Program-made: the position numbers and the translations under genes
IMG/VR virus record: IMGVR_UViG_3300021184_000001
Location: 34,854-98,853 of that record
Source of the DNA: a virus
Length of the DNA stretch: 64,000 nt
Direction: 5' to 3' (one strand)
Part shown: positions 9,606 through 19,129 of the stretch, one piece after another
Numbering within the stretch: position 1 is the first letter of the stretch
How the letters are laid out: every line of letters begins with the position of its first letter
The notes under the pieces: model-generated
Seen by the model: only the letters and a program-made list of their open reading frames with translations
What the model was told of the DNA's origin: nothing
The model's database searches: none

Positions 9606-10672
9606 TCAGCCGAGAGCACGCGGTGCGCCACGCCACGGAGGCGTGGCGCACCGCCTCGCGCCGCAACCGCGAGCACTACAACGACGGCAAGATTCACGCC
9701 TCGGCCCTGCACGAATGCCCGCGCCAAGTGCAGCTGCGGTACCGGCGCACCCCGGCCACCGACGAGATCGCCGTGCGCCTGAACCTCCGCGCCCAGATCG
9801 GGACGGCTATCCACGACTACTACCTGCCGCTGCTGGCCGAACAGTGGGCGGCCGACCCCGAGGTCGAGGACGTCGTCATCGACGACAAGGCACGCAGCAC
9901 CGAAGTGAGTGCCGGGCCCCTGGTCGCACATCCCGACCTGGTCGTCATGTTCACCGACGGCTCCCTCGCCATCGTCGAACTCAAGACCGGCGCGAAATAC
10001 ATTGTGAAAGCCGCCAAGAGCGGCGAGCCCAAACGCTCCCACCTCGACCAATGCCGCGTCGGCGGCCTCCTCGCTGAGGCCAACACCGGCTCGCCCATGC
10101 GCGGCTACTGGATCTACTACATCGACATCGAAGACCCCGAACACAACTGGGAGATGACCACCCGCGCCTGGACGGACGCGGAATTCCAAGCGGCCACCGC
10201 CCGGTTCGAGCACGGCCTGTCCCTCGCCGGGGACGAGGCCGCACCGCGCTGGTTCGGCAAGCACACCTCGGACGCGTTCGCACCGTACTCCCCGTGCATC
10301 TCCTGCGAGTTCAAATCCGGTTGCCTGGGAAAAGACAACGCCGACCCCCTCCGGGACGAGGCGGCAACCGAACTGGTCGAGGCCGGGGCGCGCTTCGGTA
10401 AGCAGCTGCGCGCCGCCGAAAACGACCTCATGGAGTTCCTGCGCCTGCGCGCGAACGTGGAGAAACCGAAGCGGGGCAAAGCCCACGTCATGGAGGTCAT
10501 CAACCACCTGGGCCTCGAACCGGGACCCTACGACGCGGGGGGCGCCGTACACGAACTGAAGTGGCGGAAGGGGTACGACAAAGACGACGGCAACGCATCA
10601 GCGAAAATACTACGATCACTCGGAAAAGACGTCCCGCAGACACACGTCGACGGGCACTACCGCATCGAATGA
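9602..10672 (+). CDS. Cas4-like PD-(D/E)XK exonuclease
   Basis: ASALHECPR, GTAIH, HPD...IVELKTG, Q, and C-terminal CxxCxFxxxC. Confidence 0.8.
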   Translation: MISREHAVRHATEAWRTASRRNREHYNDGKIHASALHECPRQVQLRYRRTPATDEIAVRLNLRAQIGTAIHDYYLPLLAEQWAADPEVEDVVIDDKARSTEVSAGPLVAHPDLVVMFTDGSLAIVELKTGAKYIVKAAKSGEPKRSHLDQCRVGGLLAEANTGSPMRGYWIYYIDIEDPEHNWEMTTRAWTDAEFQAATARFEHGLSLAGDEAAPRWFGKHTSDAFAPYSPCISCEFKSGCLGKDNADPLRDEAATELVEAGARFGKQLRAAENDLMEFLRLRANVEKPKRGKAHVMEVINHLGLEPGPYDAGGAVHELKWRKGYDKDDGNASAKILRSLGKDVPQTHVDGHYRIE

Positions 10673-10684
10673 CGAAGGAGCACC

Positions 10685-11044
10685 ATGCGTCCGCCGCGAC
10701 CGGCCAAGAGCTTCGAAACACGCTGGCTCGACGAGACCTACCGGGGGCGCGACTCCGAACTGGTCTCCGTTCCCCAAATCGCCCAGATGGCGCGCCGCGA
10801 CACCAGCACCGTCAACGTGTGGGCCCGACGCCACCCACACTTCCCCAAACCGGTCAAAGAGGTCATCGCCGGGCCCGGTCCCACCCGCTACTACGTCATC
10901 GGCGACGTCGCCGCATGGCTCCTGACCTACCGCTCTGCCGTCCTCGACGAGCTCATGGACGACCTCGACACCGAAATCGAACGGCTCACAAGTATGAGAG
11001 ACCAGATCCGCGCGGCCCGCGAAGCCGCCATCACCGGCGAGTAA
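10685..11044 (+). CDS. HTH DNA-binding protein with coiled-coil tail
   Basis: VSVPQIAQMARRDTSTVNVWARRHPHFPKP (AlpA/MerR-like). Confidence 0.7.
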   Translation: MRPPRPAKSFETRWLDETYRGRDSELVSVPQIAQMARRDTSTVNVWARRHPHFPKPVKEVIAGPGPTRYYVIGDVAAWLLTYRSAVLDELMDDLDTEIERLTSMRDQIRAAREAAITGE

Positions 11045-11082
11045 TCCGACGACCAGACGCAAACCGCTCATATGATGCGCGT

Positions 11083-11529
11083 ATGGACAGCCCCGCCAAG
11101 CGCTTGCGACTTCCCGACGAGATCCGCTCCAAGACCATCGCGTTCTTCAACTGGTACATCAACGACATCCACATCCACCATCCCCCCTACCTGCACCGCA
11201 AACACGTCGAGAACGACGAGCTGTCCTACGACTGGCGTCCCCGCGACGGATTCAGCCGCCTCACCCTCACGCACCTCGACACCGGCTACATCGCCATGAA
11301 CGCGTTCGCGTTCAGAGGACTACGCGGCACCGACCCGGCCACACTCCCACCACCGCCCAGCCTGCTCATCACCACCTGGCTCGACCTCTGCTCCACACTC
11401 GAATGGATCAGCGAAGGCGCACGCGCGTCCATGGCCGAACAGATGAACGAAATCATCGCCCACGATGTGCACCTCCTCGGCGAACCCATATACGGCGAAA
11501 GAGACGATGCGGGAATACCTCCCCAATAG
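11083..11529 (+). CDS. Hypothetical protein
   Basis: ATG 6 nt after TATGAT (11071-11076); 148 aa. Confidence 0.6.
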   Translation: MDSPAKRLRLPDEIRSKTIAFFNWYINDIHIHHPPYLHRKHVENDELSYDWRPRDGFSRLTLTHLDTGYIAMNAFAFRGLRGTDPATLPPPPSLLITTWLDLCSTLEWISEGARASMAEQMNEIIAHDVHLLGEPIYGERDDAGIPPQ

Positions 11530-11582
11530 GTTCGGTACCGCACCATCACTGATAAAACGCGACAAAGCGATATAGTGAGGTC

Positions 11583-12122
11583 ATGATTACTGCGCCTGAC
11601 GTTTTCGCCACTGACACCGAGGGCACCTACACCTCCGATGTCACCGTCGACTGGATCGGCCGACACGGCACCCCCAGCCCGCTGTACCTCGGCCGCACCC
11701 TCCGCTTCTCCCCCCAGCGCGGCTGGGAATTCGGACCCGCCAGCGCCGACGCCAAAGCCGTGTGGAAACCACTTGACGACGCCCCGAAAACCCTCCGAGC
11801 AGCCATGGGCAGCCCCGACGACCTCCCCACCATGGGCGAAGGCTTCCAGCCCGACCGCGCCGCCTACTACGAACTCATCGGCCCCAAGCTCGCCAAGAAC
11901 CCCCACGGCCTCGAACGGCCCACGATCATCCGCCACGGTCTCGTCCGCGACGACGAGCGCGGCGACTTCAAGCACGTGCCCACCACGAGCCTGTGGGCGC
12001 TGGCCCGGAACTGGTTCACGGCCAACGACTACCAGGGGATTCTGTGGACATGGCGCGATGCGGGCGATGACTGGCCCCAGCACGCCGTTGTGCGCCGCGA
12101 CCGGATGCCGCGCGTGAAATGA
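11583..12122 (+). CDS. Hypothetical protein
   Basis: ATG 6 nt after TATAGT (11571-11576); 179 aa. Confidence 0.65.
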   Translation: MITAPDVFATDTEGTYTSDVTVDWIGRHGTPSPLYLGRTLRFSPQRGWEFGPASADAKAVWKPLDDAPKTLRAAMGSPDDLPTMGEGFQPDRAAYYELIGPKLAKNPHGLERPTIIRHGLVRDDERGDFKHVPTTSLWALARNWFTANDYQGILWTWRDAGDDWPQHAVVRRDRMPRVK

Positions 12123-12190
12123 GCCGTGCCGCGAAAATGTGACACGAATGCGGATTGCGTCAGGCTGTGATCATCAGTCACAATAGGGCC

Positions 12191-12457
12191 ATGACGCCGA
12201 CTACCACCCCGGCCCTGATCCGCGCGAGCTTCATCAGGGACTTTCTCGCCGCCGCTCTCGGTGGCGGCGTCGCCATCCCCTCTCACTACACCGTGTCATC
12301 GATCGGTATCTACAACAACGTTACGGGGGAGCTCACCGAATGCGACACGACCGAGTTCTATGACGCGGTCGGCGCTGACGTCGGCGAGAACATCACCATC
12401 GAAGGCACGAAATTCGGGATCACCCGCTACGGCATCATCCACAACGACCTCTCCTGA
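12191..12457 (+). CDS. Hypothetical protein
   Basis: 88 aa; ATG 6 nt after CACAAT. Confidence 0.55.
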   Translation: MTPTTTPALIRASFIRDFLAAALGGGVAIPSHYTVSSIGIYNNVTGELTECDTTEFYDAVGADVGENITIEGTKFGITRYGIIHNDLS

Positions 12458-12459
12458 CC

Positions 12460-12506
12460 GAGGGTTCCGGAGTCGATCACTCCCGGCGGCAGGCTCCGGA
12501 CCCCTC
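12460..12506. terminator. Hairpin between convergent genes
   Basis: GAGGGTTCCGGAG / CTCCGGACCCCTC, 13-nt arms with one mismatch. Confidence 0.55.
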
Positions 12507-12514
12507 CTCAACCG

Positions 12515-14338
12515 TCACAGCGGCGCGTACATCACCAGGTCTTCAGGATTGGTGTAGCCGTGAACGAAGCCGGGATAGGCCCCCGACGAGGCCGACGGCT
12601 CATCACGCCAGCAATATGCGGCATAGGGTCCACGCCAGGTGCTATCAGCCACCGACAGCGTCCGGGTCACCCCTGCGACAGTCACGATGAAGGTCAGCTG
12701 GGACCCCTGCACGCGGACCGTCAAGTCGGCCCACGAGTCGGTCGGCAACGCCACCGTATTGCTTTCGGTGGCGATGGTGGTGAAACCGCCGTTGGTGAAC
12801 CGGCGGATGGAGATCTGCCGGAACGACGATGAGCTGCTCTGCGACGTCAGCCGCGCCATGTACCCGTCCTTGGCCAGATTCGTCGACCCGGTGGGGGTAG
12901 AGATGTCGCGGTCATCGGGGATGGCAAAAAAGATGCCGACCTCTTGGTTAGAAGTGATCACCGTGGCCGGTTCCCGGCGTACTCGCAACCGGATCTCATA
13001 GTCGGTGGCGTTCGGGATCGGGCAGATGGTACCCAGCAGCTGGTTGATCTCATTGCTGAGGATGTCGCCATTCCAGCCATACCGCATCGGAAACCAGCGC
13101 CCAGGCAGGTCCGAACGGGCGAATCCCCCGTTCCACAGCGTACGCACGTCATCGGTAACGTTCGTCAGCGAGCCGACCATGGCGGTGCGAGCGTCCAAAC
13201 CGGGAATAAGGGTCTGGCGGTAGTCGAGATCGCCGGTCTCCCCACGAGGTCCCCGCGCGTAGACGGGGTCCTGACTTTCGACCAGCCTGACGCCCAGCGT
13301 GTCGAAATTGTAGGTCGTCCAGTACTGCCGCGACGTCGTGCGTGCCATCACCTGAAGTCCGGCCCCGACCAGTTCAGTGATCCGGGCATCCGTCAGTGTG
13401 CCGTTCATGCCGTCGTCGCGGATCGCAGCGACCCAGGTCGCCCCGGACGCGACGATGCTGGCGACCGGCTGAATGCTCGTCGCCTGAGACTCCACGATGA
13501 GGTTGACCGAAGCGGTGATTCCCGCCGCCGTCACGATGGGAACCCACGCGCCCAACGGGGAGGGCGAGTCGTCGTCGAGGTACCCGGGGACGTTGATGAT
13601 GCACCAGTCCTGCGCGCCTGCATCCACCACGGCCTGCACGGTAGCGACAATCGTCGCCTCGATCTCATCGGGCGTAACCCCGCTACGGCCGACGCGCAGG
13701 TCCATGACCATCCGGCCCCGGATCAGTCGCAGCGTCTCCGACAGCTGGCGACCGCCATACTGGTTCTGGTAGAACCCGGCCCAGCCTCCATACGGGACTT
13801 GCAGTGCTGCGGGCGCATTGGAGTTGTCGCCGGTGGGGTTAACACGGGTTCCGGCGTCGTAGTTGATCGCGGTCATCGTCAGCGACGACGCCTGGCCCCA
13901 CGTTAGCGCACCCGGGTTGTCGCTGTAGGTGGTGATCGAGCTGCCCGCGCCTGCAATCGTCTCCAACGCGACGTTATCGGACCCGAGCACGACGGTGGTG
14001 GAATACGTGTCGATGTTGTTGCTGATGCAGTACTCGACAAGGTAGGGCGATGTGGAAGGGCCGACACCGATGCCGCCGCCGGTCGCGCCGATGGCCTGCG
14101 CTGGGAGCGTCGCCACCGTTCTAGGCCACGTCATCTCACCCGGGCCGGGCGACGTCGGCGAATAGAACCCTGAGTCGGAGCCGATCGATGCGATGTTGCC
14201 ACTATCGGTGGAGATCCGCAGCCCGATCTGGCGCGTGGTCTCGTTGAAGTCCAGGCCCAGGCCCAAGTTTCCGGCGATGCAGGTCATGATCGCATCGCAT
14301 GTGGTGGTCATGGCAGTGTTGCACCCGCAGCGGGCCAT
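12515..14338 (-). CDS. Minor tail / receptor-binding protein 2: MARCGC anchor + GDPD-like barrel + ConA-like domain
   Basis: 607 aa from ATG 14338 (TGATG overlap); clear paralogue of 14338-16197. Confidence 0.65.
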   Translation of the reverse strand: MARCGCNTAMTTTCDAIMTCIAGNLGLGLDFNETTRQIGLRISTDSGNIASIGSDSGFYSPTSPGPGEMTWPRTVATLPAQAIGATGGGIGVGPSTSPYLVEYCISNNIDTYSTTVVLGSDNVALETIAGAGSSITTYSDNPGALTWGQASSLTMTAINYDAGTRVNPTGDNSNAPAALQVPYGGWAGFYQNQYGGRQLSETLRLIRGRMVMDLRVGRSGVTPDEIEATIVATVQAVVDAGAQDWCIINVPGYLDDDSPSPLGAWVPIVTAAGITASVNLIVESQATSIQPVASIVASGATWVAAIRDDGMNGTLTDARITELVGAGLQVMARTTSRQYWTTYNFDTLGVRLVESQDPVYARGPRGETGDLDYRQTLIPGLDARTAMVGSLTNVTDDVRTLWNGGFARSDLPGRWFPMRYGWNGDILSNEINQLLGTICPIPNATDYEIRLRVRREPATVITSNQEVGIFFAIPDDRDISTPTGSTNLAKDGYMARLTSQSSSSSFRQISIRRFTNGGFTTIATESNTVALPTDSWADLTVRVQGSQLTFIVTVAGVTRTLSVADSTWRGPYAAYCWRDEPSASSGAYPGFVHGYTNPEDLVMYAPL

Positions 14339-16197
14339 CAGCTCAAGTCCTCCCACATCGGGAATCCGGTGGCGAATTCCTCGTAGGCGCTGTAGCCGTG
14401 GTTGAATCCGTCGTTCTGCGCCGGGGAGGTGTACGCGTCTTCCCACACATAGAAGGCGTACGGGCCACGGTGATCGGTGTCGTTGATGGTGCCGATGTCG
14501 TAGTCGATGTCTTGATGACCGACCGTGAGGCTGATGGAAGTCGTATCGACGGTGATGGCGAAATAGATCCAGCGGCCGTATTCCACGGTAGGAACGACAT
14601 CCGACGTCAACAATGCCGTGAAGTTGCCGTTGTTGAACTTGCCCATCACGACGCGGCCCCGGTTAGAGCTGCCGACGCGGATACTGAACCAATAGCCGTT
14701 GACCCATTCCGGAGCTTCGGCTGGTTCGAACCACGTGATGTCCTGGTCGGTGGGGGAGCAGAAGAAGACGCCCAGTTTCGGCTGCGTCCCGGCGGGGACG
14801 GGCTCGCTGGCGCTATCGACCCGGAACTTCAGGCGCAGTCGGAATTCGGAGGTGACCTGGTAGGGGCACAGCTCGCCCAACAGCTGAGAGTGCAAGTGCG
14901 CGCCGATGCCACCTTCCCAGCCGAAACGCTCGCTGAAGTTGCGCCCCTCAGCCGACTGCCGCGCCCACCCGATGCTCTGTGAGTCGGAGCCGTTGTTGGT
15001 GCCGTGGGTCAGCGCGCCTTCCATCATCGTGCGTGTAATCAGGCCCGGGATGACGATGGTCTTCCTATAGTCCAGGTCTCCGGCCTCTCCGCGTGCTCCT
15101 CGGCTGTAGACGGCGTTGTCGGAAGAGACCGCACGCGCGCCGATGGCGTACACCTGCTGCACATCCCATTGCCGAGACGACCGAACCTGGACGTACGCTT
15201 GCAGCCCAGCGTCGATGAACGTCTGGATGCGGTCGAGGCTCGTCCCTTGGTTGTTCTCATCGGATGCCATGCGCACCCACTGCGCTCCCGAGGCAACCAC
15301 ATCGGCGGGTGTGACCAGAAAACCACCGGAGTTGTCGTCGAACAGGTCGACAACCGGGGTGAGGCCCGCAGCGGCAATGTCGGCAACCCACGGCCCGAAG
15401 GGCGACGGAATCAGGTCATCGGTGCCGTCGTCCATGTAGCCAGGGACTCCCACGAACGTCCATTCCTGTGCCTGTGCCTGGACGACGGCACGGCCCGCTG
15501 CGGCGATGAATGCTTCGAGCTCGTCCTGGACGACTCCGGCGTACACCGCCAAGTAGACAACGCCGCGAGCCGCCACCTGATGCAACGCATCGACCAATGT
15601 GATCGGAGTGAAGTTACGGGCGTAGAAGCCGAACCAGCCTCCGTCAGGGCTCAGCAGTGCAGGGGGCGCTCCCGAGTTGCGCCCGGTGGGGGTGTTACGT
15701 GCACCTGCGTCTACCAGCAAGCTCGGCAACGTTACCGATGAAAGGGACTTGATGTCGATAGAGGAGGGATTGTCGGTGCGGCTGCTCAGGTTCGAGTTGG
15801 GTCCGTCCCAGCGAGCGATTGCCACACCGTCGGCGAGCGAGAAGGTCGAGATGTTCAGGATGTCGAGCCGGTTGGCGATGCCGTACTCCAGGCCATCGGG
15901 GGAACCGAATGGCACCATCGAGCCACCGCCGGTGGTACTGGCGCCGAACGCCCGGTCGGGAAGACCGGCAATCGTCCTACGACCCGACGCAGGGTCCGGG
16001 CTTGTTCCTGCACCCGGGACATAGATTCCCCCGTCCGAACCGAGGCTGGCACTGTTGCCCGCGTCGCCGGAGATGCGCACTGCCAGCAGCCCAGTGACGC
16101 TGTCATATCGCAAACCCGGACCGAGGTTCGCCGCCACACACAGCACGATCGCGTCGCACGTCGTCGCACTAGCGGCGTTGCAACCACATCTCGCCAC
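14338..16197 (-). CDS. Minor tail / receptor-binding protein 1: MARCGC anchor + GDPD-like barrel + ConA-like domain
   Basis: AFGASTTGGG..P...LEYGIANRLDILNIS..LADGVAI resembles a degenerate GDPD N-terminus; beta-rich C-terminus; distal tail position. Confidence 0.65.
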   Translation of the reverse strand: MARCGCNAASATTCDAIVLCVAANLGPGLRYDSVTGLLAVRISGDAGNSASLGSDGGIYVPGAGTSPDPASGRRTIAGLPDRAFGASTTGGGSMVPFGSPDGLEYGIANRLDILNISTFSLADGVAIARWDGPNSNLSSRTDNPSSIDIKSLSSVTLPSLLVDAGARNTPTGRNSGAPPALLSPDGGWFGFYARNFTPITLVDALHQVAARGVVYLAVYAGVVQDELEAFIAAAGRAVVQAQAQEWTFVGVPGYMDDGTDDLIPSPFGPWVADIAAAGLTPVVDLFDDNSGGFLVTPADVVASGAQWVRMASDENNQGTSLDRIQTFIDAGLQAYVQVRSSRQWDVQQVYAIGARAVSSDNAVYSRGARGEAGDLDYRKTIVIPGLITRTMMEGALTHGTNNGSDSQSIGWARQSAEGRNFSERFGWEGGIGAHLHSQLLGELCPYQVTSEFRLRLKFRVDSASEPVPAGTQPKLGVFFCSPTDQDITWFEPAEAPEWVNGYWFSIRVGSSNRGRVVMGKFNNGNFTALLTSDVVPTVEYGRWIYFAITVDTTSISLTVGHQDIDYDIGTINDTDHRGPYAFYVWEDAYTSPAQNDGFNHGYSAYEEFATGFPMWEDLS

Positions 16198-16369
16198 GAT
16201 TCCCCCAAAACGGTCAACTAGGACAAATACATCCTCTCACTGGTAGGGGAAATCATCCACGACCGGCACGAAATAGCCCAAAACCCTGACGGCTTCGCGG
16301 GGTGTAGATTTCTCATGTTCGCATCAACATTTATGTGATCATGTATTCACATGATCGGAAGGGTTCAGC

Positions 16370-17245
16370 ATGTCCTCCAACCTCTTTGTGCGCCCCCCTC
16401 GGGATGCCTTCCTCAACGGCAAGGGCGGCTCGGGCAAGACGTTCGGCGTCGTCCAGATCGCGCACGCCCTCGCCCGGCGCAACAAGCGCGTCCTCGTCGT
16501 CGAAGTCGACCCGCAGGACGACACCGCCGACCGCCTCGACGCCGGAGACCCCACGCGCCTGACCATGGCCGAAGTCCTCGACCCCCACAACCCTCGCCCC
16601 ATCACCGACGCCATCACCGCGTGCGGATGGGATGTCCCCGAAGCCCCCTACATCCACGTCGCGCAGGGCGGCTACATGCTCGAAGACCGACTCCACGAAA
16701 CCGACAGGCCCGGTTCGCAGTTCCGGCTGCGCCGCGCTCTCGACGCCCTTCCCGCCGACATGTACGACCACGTCCTGCTGAACGCCGACCCGAGCCTGGG
16801 CCACCTCGTGCAGAACTGCATCGCCGCGCTCGACGGCGCGCAAGACCGCGTCTGGATCACCGTCATCCCCGAACGCAACGAGATCAAGGGCGGCATGCGC
16901 ATGGCCACCTTCGTCTCCAACTTCCGCCAGCACCTGATGGTGCCGAACCTGAAGTTCGGTGGCGTCATCATCAACAAGGCCGACACGCGCCTGAAGCTCC
17001 ACAACCGGTACATCGACGAGATGCCAACCTCCTTCAAGGCGATCGACCAGGGCAACCCGGTGCCGGTGCTTCCCCACGTCATCCCCTTCCGCGCCCGACT
17101 GGCAGAGACCCAGTCGGAGAGCCTCCCGATCACCTCGTTCCGACCTTCCGAATGCGAAGGCGTTATCGAATCCATCGACGCACTCACCGACGTGGTCATC
17201 GCCCGTGGCATGGAAGAGCAGGAGGAAATCCTCAATGGCGCGTGA
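16370..17245 (+). CDS. parA: ParA/Soj partition ATPase
   Basis: NGKGGSGKT deviant Walker A, RVLVVEVDPQ, DHVLLNADP, GGVIINK. Confidence 0.9.
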   Translation: MSSNLFVRPPRDAFLNGKGGSGKTFGVVQIAHALARRNKRVLVVEVDPQDDTADRLDAGDPTRLTMAEVLDPHNPRPITDAITACGWDVPEAPYIHVAQGGYMLEDRLHETDRPGSQFRLRRALDALPADMYDHVLLNADPSLGHLVQNCIAALDGAQDRVWITVIPERNEIKGGMRMATFVSNFRQHLMVPNLKFGGVIINKADTRLKLHNRYIDEMPTSFKAIDQGNPVPVLPHVIPFRARLAETQSESLPITSFRPSECEGVIESIDALTDVVIARGMEEQEEILNGA

Positions 17246-17735
17246 CAACATGAACGTCCCTGCCCCACCGCCCCCGCAGATCCCTCCCATGTCGGCACCG
17301 ACCGACAGCGACGAGCCCACGGTTGTCGAGGTGCGACGCGAAGAACCCCAGGCACAAGACCAGCCGAAGAAGGACAAGAGGTCCGGTTCGTCCATTAGTG
17401 CACGCACGCGTGCACGCACGAACGGACAAACGTCAGAAAGCGCCGCTAAGAGCACAGCCGCTGAGATCATCGGCATGCTCGACAGCGTGCGTGCACACCA
17501 CGGTCACCCTCAGCTGGAACGTTCGAGCGTTAGCCACCGGTGGCCTGTGTGGGTCATCGAGACCATCGGAAAGAAGTCGCAGGTGGAGAAGCGACCGGCT
17601 GCCGACATCATCGCGGAAACGTTCAAGCGCGGTCTCGCGGGAGATCCCTATGCCGAGTACTACTACGGTGAAGCGTGTGAGCGTGTCAACGCCCGGGAGA
17701 ACGATTGGGGATCTGGTGAAGAGAACGACGATTGA
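17235..17735 (+). CDS. Putative centromere-binding partner (disordered N-terminus + RHH-like core)
   Basis: Overlaps parA stop; Pro-rich N-terminus; SVSHRWPVWVIETIGKKSQVEKRPAADIIAETFKRGL. Confidence 0.55.
   Translation: MARDNMNVPAPPPPQIPPMSAPTDSDEPTVVEVRREEPQAQDQPKKDKRSGSSISARTRARTNGQTSESAAKSTAAEIIGMLDSVRAHHGHPQLERSSVSHRWPVWVIETIGKKSQVEKRPAADIIAETFKRGLAGDPYAEYYYGEACERVNARENDWGSGEENDD
17398..17496. repeat. Three copies of GTGCACGCACG(C): two tandem, one inverted
   Basis: 17398-17409 and 17410-17421 direct; 17485-17496 reverse complement. Confidence 0.7.
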
Positions 17736-17862
17736 GCTCCCCGATCAACTCCACACGGACCTCAAGGTGATGGCGGCTGAGACCAAGCGCCCCATGAACG
17801 CCTTGATGGTCGAAGCGCTAGACGTGTTCGTGAAATCGAAGCGTCAAGAAAAGACCCCATAG
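17716..17862 (+). CDS. Ribbon-helix-helix protein (ParG/CopG/Arc-like)
   Basis: VKRTTIELPDQLHTDLKVMAAETKRPMNALMVEALDVF; RBS GGGGA. Confidence 0.75.
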   Translation: MKRTTIELPDQLHTDLKVMAAETKRPMNALMVEALDVFVKSKRQEKTP

Positions 17863-17873
17863 CAAGACCTTCA

Positions 17874-17907
17874 AACGGCCCCACCCGCTTTTTCGGGTGG
17901 GGCCGTT
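17874..17907. terminator. Hairpin terminator between par cassette and tail genes
   Basis: AACGGCCCCACCCG / CGGGTGGGGCCGTT, perfect 14-bp stem. Confidence 0.75.
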
Positions 17908-17911
17908 GGCG

Positions 17912-19129
17912 TTATGGTTCTACCCCCGTAACGTCCGACAGCGTCGACAGTTCCACAGCGACTTCTTCGCCTTCCTCAGTGTTGGCACCGGACGGTGTCC
18001 ACGTGACTTCCACACCGAGAAGACGCATGCCCTGTCGAATGGGCCTGCACAACCCTTCCTCGGCGAAGAAGTCGAAGCGCAAGCCCGGAACAAGTTCGGG
18101 CATCGTCAGCGGTGCCGACGGGGAGAGCTGGGCCGTGGTCGGCAGCAGGATCTCCGACGGGGGCGGGTTGCGTCCCCAGACAGCGCGTTTCGCCGATGAC
18201 AGCACGTCGCTTTCGTCGGCGTTGTTGTCCTGGACTCGGTTGAGCACGTCGATTCGGCCGTATCGTGTGCCGGTAACGCCGAAGTTCTGCGTGATGCCGG
18301 GCCAGTACTCGTTGGTTTCGGTGCCGCGAGGTTCGGTATCGTCCTCTTTCTGGGTGGTTGCCCAGCCTCTGGTGGCGGCTTCGTTGCCGTTCGATCGGGC
18401 TTCGGCCTCCCCGATGAGGTGCTGAGTGTTCAACCTGGCGTACGTCTGGTCCTGGGTGGTGCGTCGGCGTTGCAGGCGCAGGGACCGGTTGATAACGGTG
18501 AAGTCCAGCCCGTACGACTGTCCGAGGGTACGCAGGAGTTCCCCCACGGTGGCCACTTTCGGGCCCGGACGGTAGTTGATGGTGTCATCAGGGTCGGTGA
18601 CCGTCTCCACGACGATCTGCGGGAGGATGAGCGTGTCGTCCAGCGGGTTCGAAAACGGGACATCCAGCAGGTTGCGTTCGATAATGTCGTACGCGATTTG
18701 GGTGACTGGCATGTTGACGTAGTCGAGAGAGAAGTCGTTGACGGTATCTTCGAGGCGTTGGAAGATGTCGCGGGCGTTGATCTCTTTCACGGTGGAGCCG
18801 GTGGTCTCGATCGCCTGCATCACCTCCCCCTCCCAGACTTGGACGTCGTCCCTCCAGATCCGCAGTTGCGCCACGCGCACGGAGTTGGCAACGATGTCGA
18901 ACAGTCGGCAGCACTCAGGCGACGCCTGGTTGAAGTCGAGCGTGATGACCGCTTCAGAGAAGTTGCGTAGTCGCCGCGTCCATACGATCTGAGTGATGCC
19001 TTCGAGGACGCCGATGAACCGCATCTCCGGTACCGGCAGTGGGACGTCGTTGTTGTCGACGCGTTGCAGGAGGTAGACCTCGACGCGGTATTGACCGGCG
19101 CATCCCAGCAGTGGTGACAGCGACACCAT
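17912..19129 (-). CDS. Minor tail protein (Tal/hub-like)
   Basis: WTRRLRNFSEAVITL and LRIWRDDVQVWEGEV; second gene after tape measure; TGATG coupling. Confidence 0.7.
   Translation of the reverse strand: MVSLSPLLGCAGQYRVEVYLLQRVDNNDVPLPVPEMRFIGVLEGITQIVWTRRLRNFSEAVITLDFNQASPECCRLFDIVANSVRVAQLRIWRDDVQVWEGEVMQAIETTGSTVKEINARDIFQRLEDTVNDFSLDYVNMPVTQIAYDIIERNLLDVPFSNPLDDTLILPQIVVETVTDPDDTINYRPGPKVATVGELLRTLGQSYGLDFTVINRSLRLQRRRTTQDQTYARLNTQHLIGEAEARSNGNEAATRGWATTQKEDDTEPRGTETNEYWPGITQNFGVTGTRYGRIDVLNRVQDNNADESDVLSSAKRAVWGRNPPPSEILLPTTAQLSPSAPLTMPELVPGLRFDFFAEEGLCRPIRQGMRLLGVEVTWTPSGANTEEGEEVAVELSTLSDVTGVEP

Noticed and set aside
9602-10672. Cas4 as evidence of a CRISPR system
   Set aside because: No array or other cas genes; context is a phage recombination operon
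12515-16197. Diversity-generating retroelement acting on the receptor paralogues
   Set aside because: No reverse transcriptase and no near-identical TR/VR pair with adenine-specific differences seen
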